A stretch of DNA of 64,000 bases from a bacterium (GTDB lineage Bacteria; Latescibacterota; Latescibacteria; Latescibacterales; Latescibacteraceae), in NCBI GenBank assembly GCA_021372535.1, contig JAJFUH010000112.1, positions 1,034 to 65,033 on the forward strand, in the 5' to 3' direction. The notes beneath the pieces are model-generated. The model did no database searches and was not told the origin of the DNA. It was given only the letters and a program-made list of their open reading frames with translations. Shown in pieces: positions 10,653-19,296 of this stretch. Numbering within the stretch: the stretch's first letter is position 1; each line of letters begins with the position of its first letter. The position numbers and the translations under genes were made by a program.

Positions 10653-10779
10653 CCGGAGTAATTCCGGTGGATGGGCAACAACAGGAGGTTGCCCCAACGT
10701 ACGCGAACGATCATTTCGTCATGAATAATATTCTTTGTGATTTTGTGCCGTCGTGGTGAATTATTTTCATGAATAACCA
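10653..10779 (+). repeat. Leader unit A: hairpins followed by one copy of the conserved intergenic element
   Basis: The first hairpin is CCGGAgtaatTCCGG (10653-10667). The second is GGGCAAC, loop aacaggag, GTTGCCC (10673-10694). The element atttcgtcatgaataatattcTTTGTGatTTTGTGccgtcgTGGTgAAttATTTTCATGAATAAcCA then runs 10713-10779. Confidence 0.6.
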
Positions 10780-10936
10780 TCATGACCATATATGATCACA
10801 TCGAAGGATGAAAACGTAATTTCAGATATAACATATTATTACATGAATTATCTTTCTCCGTGTCTCCTTGGTGAAATTTGTTATGATATTTTCAGATAAA
10901 TCCGGGGCAATGACTGTTCGTGCATGTTTTCTAAAT

Positions 10937-11068
10937 GTTGGGGCAACCCCCCGTGGTTGCCCACTGTAAGTAATCCCCGGGGATTACCCCGGTATAAAAT
11001 ATTTCGTCATGTATACTATTCTTTGTGTCTTTGTGACTTCTTGGTTAAATATTTTCATAAATGATCCA
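10937..11068 (+). repeat. Leader unit B: hairpin, an 18-nt perfect palindrome, and a second copy of the conserved element. A tandem duplicate of unit A.
   Basis: The hairpin is GGGCAACC, loop ccccgt, GGTTGCCC (10941-10962). The palindrome gtaatccccggggattac is at 10970-10987. The element atttcgtcatgtatactattcTTTGTGtcTTTGTGacttctTGGTtAAatATTTTCAtaaATGAtCCA runs 11001-11068. Confidence 0.6.
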
Positions 11069-11090
11069 TACCAGCAAGGAGGTAATTATA

Positions 11091-12230
11091 ATGTCCGAAC
11101 ATACATCGTTCCACAGTATCTGCCGGTGGACATTCAATCCGGGAAAGGGAGGCTTTGTTCCCGCAGACATGCGGCCAGAATGGGCTTCTGACAAATTCGG
11201 CACGGTGGACATGATTCGCCTTGTCAAAGGCAGAATAAAGCCGCGGCTTCCGGAGTATATCGGGCTCGGCCTGGAGGTTCATTACGACAACGAGATCAAC
11301 GAAAACACCGTGAAGGAAATTTCCGACGCCCTCGTGGATACGGGTATGTACCTTGCCATGATCACACCCGGCGCCCACGGCCACTGGGGATACGGCGGTA
11401 TTGCCTCGCTCGACCCGAAAGAACGGTCGACCGCCGAGGAATTCGGGCAGAGAACGGTAGATCTCGCTTACGGAGTCCTGAAAAAGGCATGGCACCCCGA
11501 GGCGGGTAAAGCGCCCTCGCTCATTCTCTGGAACGGCTCGTTCGGGTATGATTTAGCCACCATCGGCATCCGGTCCATGTACCGTAATCTCAAGGAGAGC
11601 GTAGCGAAACTCTGCGCCTACGAAGCCCGTAAAGGCGGGGAACTGTACATCGGATTCGAGCCCAAACCGAATGAGGGACATCCGGCCATGCTCATTCCCA
11701 CCGTGGCGAGCGCACTCGTTTTCTGGAATCGGCTTGCGGTTGAATATGGCGTCTCCACGGCGAAAAAGGGAGTCAACAAGGAATTCGGTCACTCGGAGAT
11801 GATCGGCCTCGATCATGTGTACGATACGGTCGAGGAGCTCGACAACAATGCGATGGTTCACATGCACCTCAACAGCCAGGGGTATAACGACGGCATCATT
11901 CTCGGCGGACCGGGGAAATTCGACATCGATCACGGCGCCCGTGTGAACGGCATGAATATCGCCATAGCGGGTCTCATACAGGAAGCGGGATTCAACCGCT
12001 GGAAAGGCCATGACATGCAGACACGCGCTTATGACAACACGGAGCAGGGGATCGACCGTGTCATCAGGAGTGTCCTGAGCTGGGAGGCATGCGAACAGAC
12101 TGCCCGTAATCTTGATACGACCGGTCTGCTCCGTTTTCTTTCACAGCGCGAAACCGCGAAAGCCGAGGATATGATGAGAGCCGCCCTTGTCGATGCGCAG
12201 AAATTCTTCGATGAGATGTATGGAGGATAA
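11091..12230 (+). CDS. Xylose-isomerase-like TIM-barrel sugar isomerase (divergent XylA/RhaI-type)
   Basis: FEPKPNEGHP matches the XylA FEPKP motif. ILWNGSFGY corresponds to XylA WGGREG. The start at 11091 has an AAGGAGG RBS. The ORF track start at 11061 lies inside the repeat element. The FGGY kinase is adjacent. Confidence 0.6.
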   Translation: MSEHTSFHSICRWTFNPGKGGFVPADMRPEWASDKFGTVDMIRLVKGRIKPRLPEYIGLGLEVHYDNEINENTVKEISDALVDTGMYLAMITPGAHGHWGYGGIASLDPKERSTAEEFGQRTVDLAYGVLKKAWHPEAGKAPSLILWNGSFGYDLATIGIRSMYRNLKESVAKLCAYEARKGGELYIGFEPKPNEGHPAMLIPTVASALVFWNRLAVEYGVSTAKKGVNKEFGHSEMIGLDHVYDTVEELDNNAMVHMHLNSQGYNDGIILGGPGKFDIDHGARVNGMNIAIAGLIQEAGFNRWKGHDMQTRAYDNTEQGIDRVIRSVLSWEACEQTARNLDTTGLLRFLSQRETAKAEDMMRAALVDAQKFFDEMYGG

Positions 12231-12360
12231 TCCGACAGTTACGTTGGAAAAATTTAAATCGACCGCGGATTTACACGGATTGGGCGGATTTTAAGGGATT
12301 TGTTTTTATTATAACTTTTTTAATATTAACGATTGATAATTGGTATAGTTAATATAAATA

Positions 12361-12421
12361 ATGTGTTATGTCTATTTGTGCCTTTGTGTCTTTGTGGTAA
12401 AATATTTTCATGAATAATCCA
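12361..12421 (+). repeat. Third copy (C) of the conserved intergenic element
   Basis: atgtgttatgtctaTTTGTGccTTTGTGtcTTTGTGgtaAAatATTTTCATGAATAAtCCA. A terminator hairpin follows about 35 nt downstream. Confidence 0.6.
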
Positions 12422-12452
12422 GATTAAATACATAAAAAATCCTTTATATATC

Positions 12453-12491
12453 AAAAAAAGGCGCAACCGGTATTTCGTGGCTGCGCCTTTT
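12453..12491. terminator. Bidirectional rho-independent terminator. It serves glnA on the minus strand, and possibly a short plus-strand transcript.
   Basis: AAAAAAA, then GGCGCAaCC, loop ggtatttcgt, GGcTGCGCC, then TTTT. Confidence 0.6.
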
Positions 12492-12514
12492 CATTTCATG
12501 GTACGTTATTATTC

Positions 12515-13933
12515 TTATAGATCGTAGTACATGGCAAATTCCCACGGATGGGGACGGAGCCGCAGGGCATTGACCTCGTGTTCCATCTTGTACCATATCC
12601 ACGTTTTGATGACATCCTCGGTAAATACATCGCCTTTGAGCAGGAACTCGTAATCGTTTTCGAGCTCTTTCAGCGCCTCTTCGAGCGATCCGGGCATGAC
12701 CGGCACACCGACAAGCTCTTCCGGCGAAAGGTCATAGATATCCTTGTCGAGTGGGTCTCCGGGATCGATCCTGTTCTGGATGCCGTCGAGACCGGCCATG
12801 AGGAGCGCCGAAAAGGCGAGATAGGGATTGCAGCTGCAGTCGGGATACCTGATCTCGGCGCGTTTCGCTTTCGGGCTCATCGAATACATGGGGAACCTTA
12901 TCGAGGCCGAACGGTTGCGCTGTGAATAGGCGAGGTTCACCGGCGCTTCGAAGCCCGGCACGAGCCTCCGGTACGAATTGGTCGTCGGGTTGGTGATACC
13001 CGCAAGCGCCCGTGAATGTTTGAGAATGCCGCCGACAAAATACATCGCCATCTCGCTCATGCCGGCATAACCGGAGCCAGCGAACAGCGGCGTGGAACCC
13101 TTCCAGAGCGACAGGTGGGTATGCATACCCGTCCCGTTGTCACCGAATATCGGTTTGGGCATGAATGTGAGCGTTTTGCCGTTTCTGTGCGCGACATTTT
13201 TCAGTATATACTTGTAAAGATTGGTGCTGTCGCCCATACGGACGAGGCTGTCGAAGCGGAGGTCGATTTCGCCCTGGCCGCCGGTCGCAACCTCGTGGTG
13301 CTGGGCTTCGACCTCGAGACCGCATGCGGTAAGAACCTGCACCATCTCCTCGCGGAGGTCCTGCTGAGAGTCGGTCGGCGGAACGGGGAAGTAGCCTTCC
13401 TTGTACCGCGGCTTGTAGCCGAGGTTGGGGGATTCCTCACGGCCGGTGTTCCAGTGTCCCTCGATGCTGTCCACATAGTAATATCCGGCATGGGAATTCT
13501 GGTCGAAACGGATATCGTCGAAAATGAAAAACTCAAGCTCCGGGCCGACAAAAGCGGTGTCTGCAATACCGGTGGACTTGAGATACAGCTCCGCCTTTTT
13601 TGCGACATTCCTCGGGCACCGTGTGTAACGCTCACGGGTGATGGGATCGACAATATCACAGATCATGCTGATGGTTTTATATTTCGTAAAAGGATCGATG
13701 AAGACAGTTGTCGGGTCCGGCACAACGAGCATATCGGATTCATTGATCGACCGCCATCCGCGTATGGAAGAACCATCGAAGCCGAAGCCGTTCTCGAACG
13801 AATCGAGATCGAGCTGTTTGACCGGCACCGAAAAGTGCTGCCACATTCCCGGAAAATCCATGAATTTGAGGTCAACGGAAAGAACGTTCTCTTTTTTTAC
13901 CATATCGAGAACATCATGGGGAGTATGACTCAT
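12515..13933 (-). CDS. glnA: Glutamine synthetase type I
   Basis: Near-colinear with E. coli GlnA: FDGSSI, NESDM, GPEPEFF-like ([11 protein letters not shown]), HHEVATGGQ, KPxFGDNGSGMH, [29 protein letters not shown], and the adenylylation-site block DIYDLSPEE. Length is 472 aa. Confidence 0.92.
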   Translation of the reverse strand: MSHTPHDVLDMVKKENVLSVDLKFMDFPGMWQHFSVPVKQLDLDSFENGFGFDGSSIRGWRSINESDMLVVPDPTTVFIDPFTKYKTISMICDIVDPITRERYTRCPRNVAKKAELYLKSTGIADTAFVGPELEFFIFDDIRFDQNSHAGYYYVDSIEGHWNTGREESPNLGYKPRYKEGYFPVPPTDSQQDLREEMVQVLTACGLEVEAQHHEVATGGQGEIDLRFDSLVRMGDSTNLYKYILKNVAHRNGKTLTFMPKPIFGDNGTGMHTHLSLWKGSTPLFAGSGYAGMSEMAMYFVGGILKHSRALAGITNPTTNSYRRLVPGFEAPVNLAYSQRNRSASIRFPMYSMSPKAKRAEIRYPDCSCNPYLAFSALLMAGLDGIQNRIDPGDPLDKDIYDLSPEELVGVPVMPGSLEEALKELENDYEFLLKGDVFTEDVIKTWIWYKMEHEVNALRLRPHPWEFAMYYDL

Positions 13934-14269
13934 TATTGCCTCCTGAAAATTACGGTGAATTTTATTTTTTCTTTGCTGAACAGTACCAAGAGAAAGCTAT
14001 TACGGTGCCAAAAGCGTAAATAATGCTTAATAATTTGATAATATTATACTTATGCTGATATATATACAAACGGGAAAAAGTGTGTTTTGTTCAAATAATG
14101 CAATTGATGTTCAATTTCTGATCATTATCATGACACCCTCATTGACACACAGGTGTAATTCTTTTATATTACATACTTAATTAATTTTACACGCATATCA
14201 GATGGCTGTTCAGGGAATCCCTTTTGAAACCACTCATATACCAAGTGCAAGACAGGAGAAATTACGGTC

Positions 14270-14935
14270 ATGTTACGGAAACATAAAAAACTGACGAAAA
14301 AAGAACTCAAGCAGGATCCGCTCGTGATATTTACCGCACAGTTCCTCGATTATATCCAGGGAGAATGGATGAAAATCGGGGGTACAATTCTTGCTGTTTT
14401 ACTTATTATATTTGTTTCGATGTTTATTGTCAAAGGGAAACATGCATCCGAGAACAAGGCCTATGATGCGGCATTGATCGCGCTCCAGACCAATGCTCCC
14501 GAAGCTCCCGATCTTTTGAAAACCGTTGTTGAAAAGCATGGCGGTTCCCAGAGCGCGGCAATGGCATTGATTCAACTGGGCAACATGTATTTTCAGAAGA
14601 AGGATTACGACCAGGCAGAAAAATATTTTACACGGTATATCGATAAATTTTCAGGTGATGTTCTTACCGATTTTAATGCATATAACGGGCTGGGGTCTGT
14701 TCTTGAAGAGAAAAACGAGCCGGCCAAGGCAGCCGCGATATATGAGAAATTTATTTCAAAACATGCTAACAGCCCGTTCACATCCATGATGTGTATTAAT
14801 ACCGCCAAAGCTTTCTGGCTTGCCGGTAATAAAGAACAGGCGAAAACATATTTTTTAAAGGTTGTGGATAATCCTTACGATTCAAATGAAAAGCAGGAAG
14901 CTCAATACTATCTTGAAACCTTGCAGATTCAATGA
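14270..14935 (+). CDS. Membrane-anchored TPR-like protein (YfgM-like architecture)
   Basis: A short cytoplasmic N-terminus, a single TM (IGGTILAVLLIIFVSMFIV), then a TPR-like helical domain. The stop overlaps the start of the radical-SAM gene. Confidence 0.45.
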   Translation: MLRKHKKLTKKELKQDPLVIFTAQFLDYIQGEWMKIGGTILAVLLIIFVSMFIVKGKHASENKAYDAALIALQTNAPEAPDLLKTVVEKHGGSQSAAMALIQLGNMYFQKKDYDQAEKYFTRYIDKFSGDVLTDFNAYNGLGSVLEEKNEPAKAAAIYEKFISKHANSPFTSMMCINTAKAFWLAGNKEQAKTYFLKVVDNPYDSNEKQEAQYYLETLQIQ

Positions 14936-15867
14936 TTAAAGGCTGTGTAATGAATCCGGGATATGTTGATTTATCGGAGCAGGGTATACTTGATAAAAGA
15001 GTCAGCATCCTTGCCGAATATTACAGAGAATGCACGCTGTGTCCTCACATGTGCAAAGCAAACCGAATCAGGAGTAACAAAGGGGTATGCCGGTCCGGGA
15101 GCCATGCCGTCGTCGCCAGCCACAACACGCATAACGGTGAGGAACCGCCCATTAGCGGATATGCAGGTTCGGGAACGATTTTTTTCTCAGGTTGCAGCGG
15201 ACGGTGCCTTTTCTGCCAGAATTATCCCATCAGCCAGCTAAATACCGGAACCCCCGTGAGCGATAAGCGTTTGGCATTCATGATGCTCGATCTCCAGAAG
15301 CGGGGATGCCACAATATCAATCTGGTAACGCCGACACATTTTCTTCCATCCATTGTCCATGCGATTTCAATTGCGGTAAAATCGGGATTGCGGCTCCCGA
15401 TTGTATATAATACAAGCGGATATGAGCGTGTTGAGATTCTGGAACTCCTGAACGGTATCGTCGATATCTATCTTCCGGATTGCAAATATGCCGATGATAA
15501 TGCCGCATCAGTTTTATCCGGTTTCGATGACTATGTCGCCCACAATCGATCGGCGCTCAAAGAAATGTTCAGACAGGTGGGGAATCTTCGCATTGTCAAC
15601 GGCATAGCTACCAAAGGCCTGTTAGTCCGTCACCTGATTCTCCCCGACAACCTGTCGGGCACTGAAACAGTGCTGAAATTTCTTGCCCGGGAAATATCGC
15701 GGAATCTGTATGTCAGCCTTATGGATCAGTATTTTCCCGCATACCGTGCGACGAATCATGCTGTTTTATCACGGCGTATCAATACCGAGGAATATAACGA
15801 GTCACTGGAATTCTTTACTGCATGCGGTCTGCATAACGGCTGGATACAGGAGCATCTGATTAATTGA
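14932..15867 (+). CDS. Radical SAM enzyme, PflX-like (COG1313-type, a homolog of PFL activase)
   Basis: The CSGRCLFCQN CxxxCxxC radical-SAM cluster is present. An additional N-terminal Cys cluster reads CTLCPHMC..GVC. It overlaps the upstream gene by 4 nt. Confidence 0.55.
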   Translation: MIKGCVMNPGYVDLSEQGILDKRVSILAEYYRECTLCPHMCKANRIRSNKGVCRSGSHAVVASHNTHNGEEPPISGYAGSGTIFFSGCSGRCLFCQNYPISQLNTGTPVSDKRLAFMMLDLQKRGCHNINLVTPTHFLPSIVHAISIAVKSGLRLPIVYNTSGYERVEILELLNGIVDIYLPDCKYADDNAASVLSGFDDYVAHNRSALKEMFRQVGNLRIVNGIATKGLLVRHLILPDNLSGTETVLKFLAREISRNLYVSLMDQYFPAYRATNHAVLSRRINTEEYNESLEFFTACGLHNGWIQEHLIN

Positions 15868-16017
15868 GATTTTTTTCAATATTTATATAGAAAACATCGT
15901 TCGTATTGTATATACTTTATACGGAGGCAACAAGGAGGCGATTGAAACACATATTTAAAAATTTATAATCGGTATTTCACATATAATTTTTTGTTTTTTT
16001 AATTTAAGGAGGCGTAC

Positions 16018-16533
16018 ATGGCAGTTGAACAAAAACCACAATTGACTGAAGAAGAAAAAATCGCAAAGAAAGCCAGATTATTTCGTATAATCTCGAATAT
16101 TCTTATCGGTGTAGCAGTAGTTGTTATTACCATTTTTATCATTTTTGCCGTCGGCACAAAAAAGAACATTAATACCCAGACAGCCATGGATACGCAGGAA
16201 CTCAGAAGCAAGCTAAAACAAATTGTAGCGCTCGAGAAAAAATATCATGAAGAACATGGCGAATATGTAAAAATCAACTTTCTTCAATTGAGTAAAGACC
16301 TTCCGATTTTCGATCCAAACCCGATGGGTAACTTCAGATATAAATTCGATCCTGAAACGGCGACTGCAACCGGTATGGAAAAAGACGCATCGAGTGATGT
16401 CAATGGTGATAGCGATGGGAAAGACGGGTTGACTCTCAACGTCAAATGGGAACCGGGCAAGACAGATGGAAGCGATTTCTTCTGGACCGATGAGGATATT
16501 GCGGATTTCCAAAAACGCGCTGCGGAAAAATGA
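16018..16533 (+). CDS. Hypothetical protein with a single N-terminal TM anchor
   Basis: 171 aa with an AAGGAGG RBS. It has a TM helix (ILIGVAVVVITIFIIFAV) and an acidic C-terminus. No family was recognised. Confidence 0.5.
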   Translation: MAVEQKPQLTEEEKIAKKARLFRIISNILIGVAVVVITIFIIFAVGTKKNINTQTAMDTQELRSKLKQIVALEKKYHEEHGEYVKINFLQLSKDLPIFDPNPMGNFRYKFDPETATATGMEKDASSDVNGDSDGKDGLTLNVKWEPGKTDGSDFFWTDEDIADFQKRAAEK

Positions 16534-16558
16534 TGACGATCATCTGTGTGTGATTGGC

Positions 16559-16598
16559 AACGGGGTTTTTTCTCAAGTAAAGAAAAACCCCGTTTTTT
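16559..16598 (+). terminator. Rho-independent terminator
   Basis: AACGGGGTTTTT, loop tctcaagtaaag, AAAAACCCCGTT, then TTTTTT. Confidence 0.7.
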
Positions 16599-16706
16599 AT
16601 TGTTTTTTATCATCAGTCGTTCCTGAAAATTAATGTAATAAATTGTTAATAAAGTAATTGTAATATATTTATTAGGTAGTAAACGCCATGTACATGGAGT
16701 CATTTC

Positions 16707-17288
16707 ATGAACTCATCAGTTCGCATCCATGTATTTCTTTCGCTTTTACTGCTCGCGTTTCTGCTTGCCTGCAGTAATAGTGAAGACAGCCCGATCGGAC
16801 CCGGTGAAGTAAATGTCATTTCCGGCATGACGTTTGTTTCGATCCCTAGCGGGACTTTCCGGATGGGGGATGAGGATGGCTATCTTTCGGATGAGTGTCG
16901 CCCTGTCCATACCGTGACGGTATCGTCATTCGAGATGAGTGTATATGAAGTGACGAACGCCCAGTATGCGTCATACCTGAATGAGGCGCTGTCGTCGGGC
17001 ATTATCAAGGTATCGGAGAATGTTGTCTTGGGCAAAGGTGGTGAGTACGATGATCAGCCGTATATTGACATGTATTATCCGTACGATGCGGACAATACAT
17101 GTTGGATCGGTTATAGTTCCGGCGTATTCGGTGTGTCGAGTGGTAAAGAGAACTGGCCGGTAGTGAACGTGACGTGGTATGGAGCGAAAGCTTTTGCACA
17201 GTACTTAGGTTTTGTGTGTGTCCTGCCCGGGAGTATCGAGGCATCTAATACCCGGTGCAACAGATTTCGTGTAGGGCGGTACTCCTGA
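16707..17288 (+). CDS. Lipoprotein with an FGE-sulfatase (SUMF1-like) domain that appears C-terminally truncated. Possible pseudogene.
   Basis: It has a lipobox (LLACSNS) and the blocks FRMGDEDG..RPVHTVTVSSFEMSVYEVTNAQYASYL and NVTWYGAKAFAQYLG. The ORF ends where the paralogous domain in the STK (47686-50190) continues with RLPTEAEWEYAARGG. The downstream frame has no FGE similarity. Confidence 0.5.
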   Translation: MNSSVRIHVFLSLLLLAFLLACSNSEDSPIGPGEVNVISGMTFVSIPSGTFRMGDEDGYLSDECRPVHTVTVSSFEMSVYEVTNAQYASYLNEALSSGIIKVSENVVLGKGGEYDDQPYIDMYYPYDADNTCWIGYSSGVFGVSSGKENWPVVNVTWYGAKAFAQYLGFVCVLPGSIEASNTRCNRFRVGRYS

Positions 17289-17478
17289 AGGTTGATCTGG
17301 CTGCTAATGCTAAAGACTTTTTCAGGGACAACTCATTAAGATGCAGGACAGATCATTTGCTGAAAGACTTTTATGAGAGAACTGCTGAAATATCTCATAA
17401 TCGCCCTGATAGTCGGGGGAGCGGTTCCGTTGATATTATCATATCTGACCAGAAAACCGCCATCGAAAGGGAAGTAAG

Positions 17479-19296
17479 TCAACGATCCTTTGCGGCTGAT
17501 TTGACCGCTGAAACGAGTTCAGGATTCAACTGAATCCGACGCGCTTCTGCTTCTTTAACATACCTGAGCGCCGCCTCATAATCCCCATCCATGAATGTTG
17601 CCACGGCCAGGTTGTTCAGGATCATATATATATTTCCCTTTTTTTCCATTGCAATTAAAAGATAGTGAATGGCCTCCTTGTACTCCTGCTTGGCAATTTT
17701 GACCGTTCCCAGTTCCTGGAAAGGCAGGGGAGTATTCGGATTGAGCCTGATCGAGGTCTTCAGCTCATCTTCCGCTTCGTTATATCTTCCCAGCTTTTCC
17801 AGTACGGTGCCATAGTCATAACGTGCGCGTGAATTATCCGGACTGAACTGTGCAGCCTGTGCATAGAAGCGTGAAGACTCCTCATAACGTTTTTGATCAT
17901 AGAGGCTTCTTCCGAGACCAAGCAGTGCTCCATCATATTTTGGGTATATTTCAAGAGCCTTTCGGTAATAATCCTCTGGCGTACCCATGTTATCGCGAAA
18001 TCCCGACAGATACCCCATGTTACAGAGCACTTTCGCGCTTTTCGACCCGTTGCGGAGCTCGGCGCCAAACAAACTGAAATCATCGTGCCATTCGCGGTTT
18101 CGGGAAACGGTCCTGTACGCGTAAACGCCTGTAACAAGAATAAAAAGGATGGTGGCGGGATAACGCCATCGCCGTATCAAACGTAAAAATACAAGACCTC
18201 CGCAAAGCGCAATACCAACTGATGGGAGATACATGAGTCGTTCTCCCATGATTGTTCCTATGGGAAAGATAATATTTGAAATAAGCAGATACGGAATAAA
18301 GAAAAAGAGAAAACCGACCAGGTACAGGAGATCATATTTGCGGCAATAAAGGGCAGAAGCCGTACTGCCCACAATGAACAGTAAACCGGTTATGGGAATT
18401 AGGTGAAGCATCGATGTGTAGAGCGGCAGCTGGTTGTATGAATAATCCGCATATAATTTTACGGGAAACACCAGTACGAGAACATACCGTACGAGCACAC
18501 CAAGCGCTGTGGCAATTCTTTCAACCATTGGTGCGACGGCGATGGGATTGTCCACAAATCCTGGTTGGAATCCCAGTAAAACGTTTTTAAGCACCGCCCA
18601 GCGTATAAAAACATAAACGATGACACAGAGAGTCAAAACAGCATATTCGATAATCTTCTTTTTTGTGGTGAACGGTCTTTTAAGAGCAATGTCCAATACA
18701 AGTACCAGTACAGGGAAAACAACCGCGGTTTCCTTTGAAAGGAGCGCGCAAAAAAGAAATAACGCAGCTGCGGCCAATCCGAGTATGCCTTTCATGCTGT
18801 ATTCAATACATAACCACGATAAAAGCATGAAAAATACACAGAGTATTTCCGGTCTGCCGGCATTATTTGCCACAGCTTCGGTATGAACAGGAGCTACAGA
18901 GAAAAGGAGCACACTCAGAAAAGAAAGCGGTATCGAATCCGTCAGAGACTTCAACAGTAAAAAAAGGCATAGCGCGTTACATGCATTGAGCGTAACATTA
19001 ACCGCATGATAATAGAAAGGATTCAGTTTATCGCCGAACTTGTTCAACACGAATGAAAGGACAGTGAGCGGCCGATATAAGCTGTCTCCGGTAAATCCGG
19101 AACCTGCGCGGTAATTGGAGACGAATATATCTTTGAGGGAATAAGAATCGGTGACCATTTTGTTTTCGACAATCAGGCTTTTATCATCAAATGCAAATTT
19201 GCCAACGAGTGTATTTGCATAGATAAGAAAATTGGCGCAGAGAAGAACAATCGATAAGATGATGATATTCTTGGTATTAGCTTTAAAATAGGTCAT
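17479..19296 (-). CDS. Second TMTC/PMT-like GT-C membrane protein with a C-terminal TPR domain (paralog of 662-2599)
   Basis: 605 aa. It has a DD motif (FAFDDKSLI) in the first loop, about 11 TM helices, and C-terminal TPRs (YYRKALEIYPKYDGALLGLG...). Confidence 0.65.
   Translation of the reverse strand: MTYFKANTKNIIILSIVLLCANFLIYANTLVGKFAFDDKSLIVENKMVTDSYSLKDIFVSNYRAGSGFTGDSLYRPLTVLSFVLNKFGDKLNPFYYHAVNVTLNACNALCLFLLLKSLTDSIPLSFLSVLLFSVAPVHTEAVANNAGRPEILCVFFMLLSWLCIEYSMKGILGLAAAALFLFCALLSKETAVVFPVLVLVLDIALKRPFTTKKKIIEYAVLTLCVIVYVFIRWAVLKNVLLGFQPGFVDNPIAVAPMVERIATALGVLVRYVLVLVFPVKLYADYSYNQLPLYTSMLHLIPITGLLFIVGSTASALYCRKYDLLYLVGFLFFFIPYLLISNIIFPIGTIMGERLMYLPSVGIALCGGLVFLRLIRRWRYPATILFILVTGVYAYRTVSRNREWHDDFSLFGAELRNGSKSAKVLCNMGYLSGFRDNMGTPEDYYRKALEIYPKYDGALLGLGRSLYDQKRYEESSRFYAQAAQFSPDNSRARYDYGTVLEKLGRYNEAEDELKTSIRLNPNTPLPFQELGTVKIAKQEYKEAIHYLLIAMEKKGNIYMILNNLAVATFMDGDYEAALRYVKEAEARRIQLNPELVSAVKSAAKDR

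Noticed and set aside
10038-10697. 219-aa ORF antisense to the FGGY kinase
   Set aside because: It overlaps a well-supported kinase gene almost entirely and has no recognisable motifs. It is a typical shadow ORF in GC-balanced coding DNA.
10713-11068. Considered the conserved element as a sigma-54 (-24/-12) promoter because of TGGT..N..TTTTC
   Set aside because: There is no GC dinucleotide at the -12 position and the spacing does not fit TGGCAC-N5-TTGCW. No EBP or sigma-54 activator gene is adjacent.
17255-17533. 92-aa ORF downstream of the FGE lipoprotein as a frameshifted continuation
   Set aside because: Its translation (MQQISCRAVLLKVDLAANAK...) has none of the conserved FGE C-terminal blocks (RLPTEAEWEYAARGG, GNVWEW). 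A simple frameshift does not rescue the domain.
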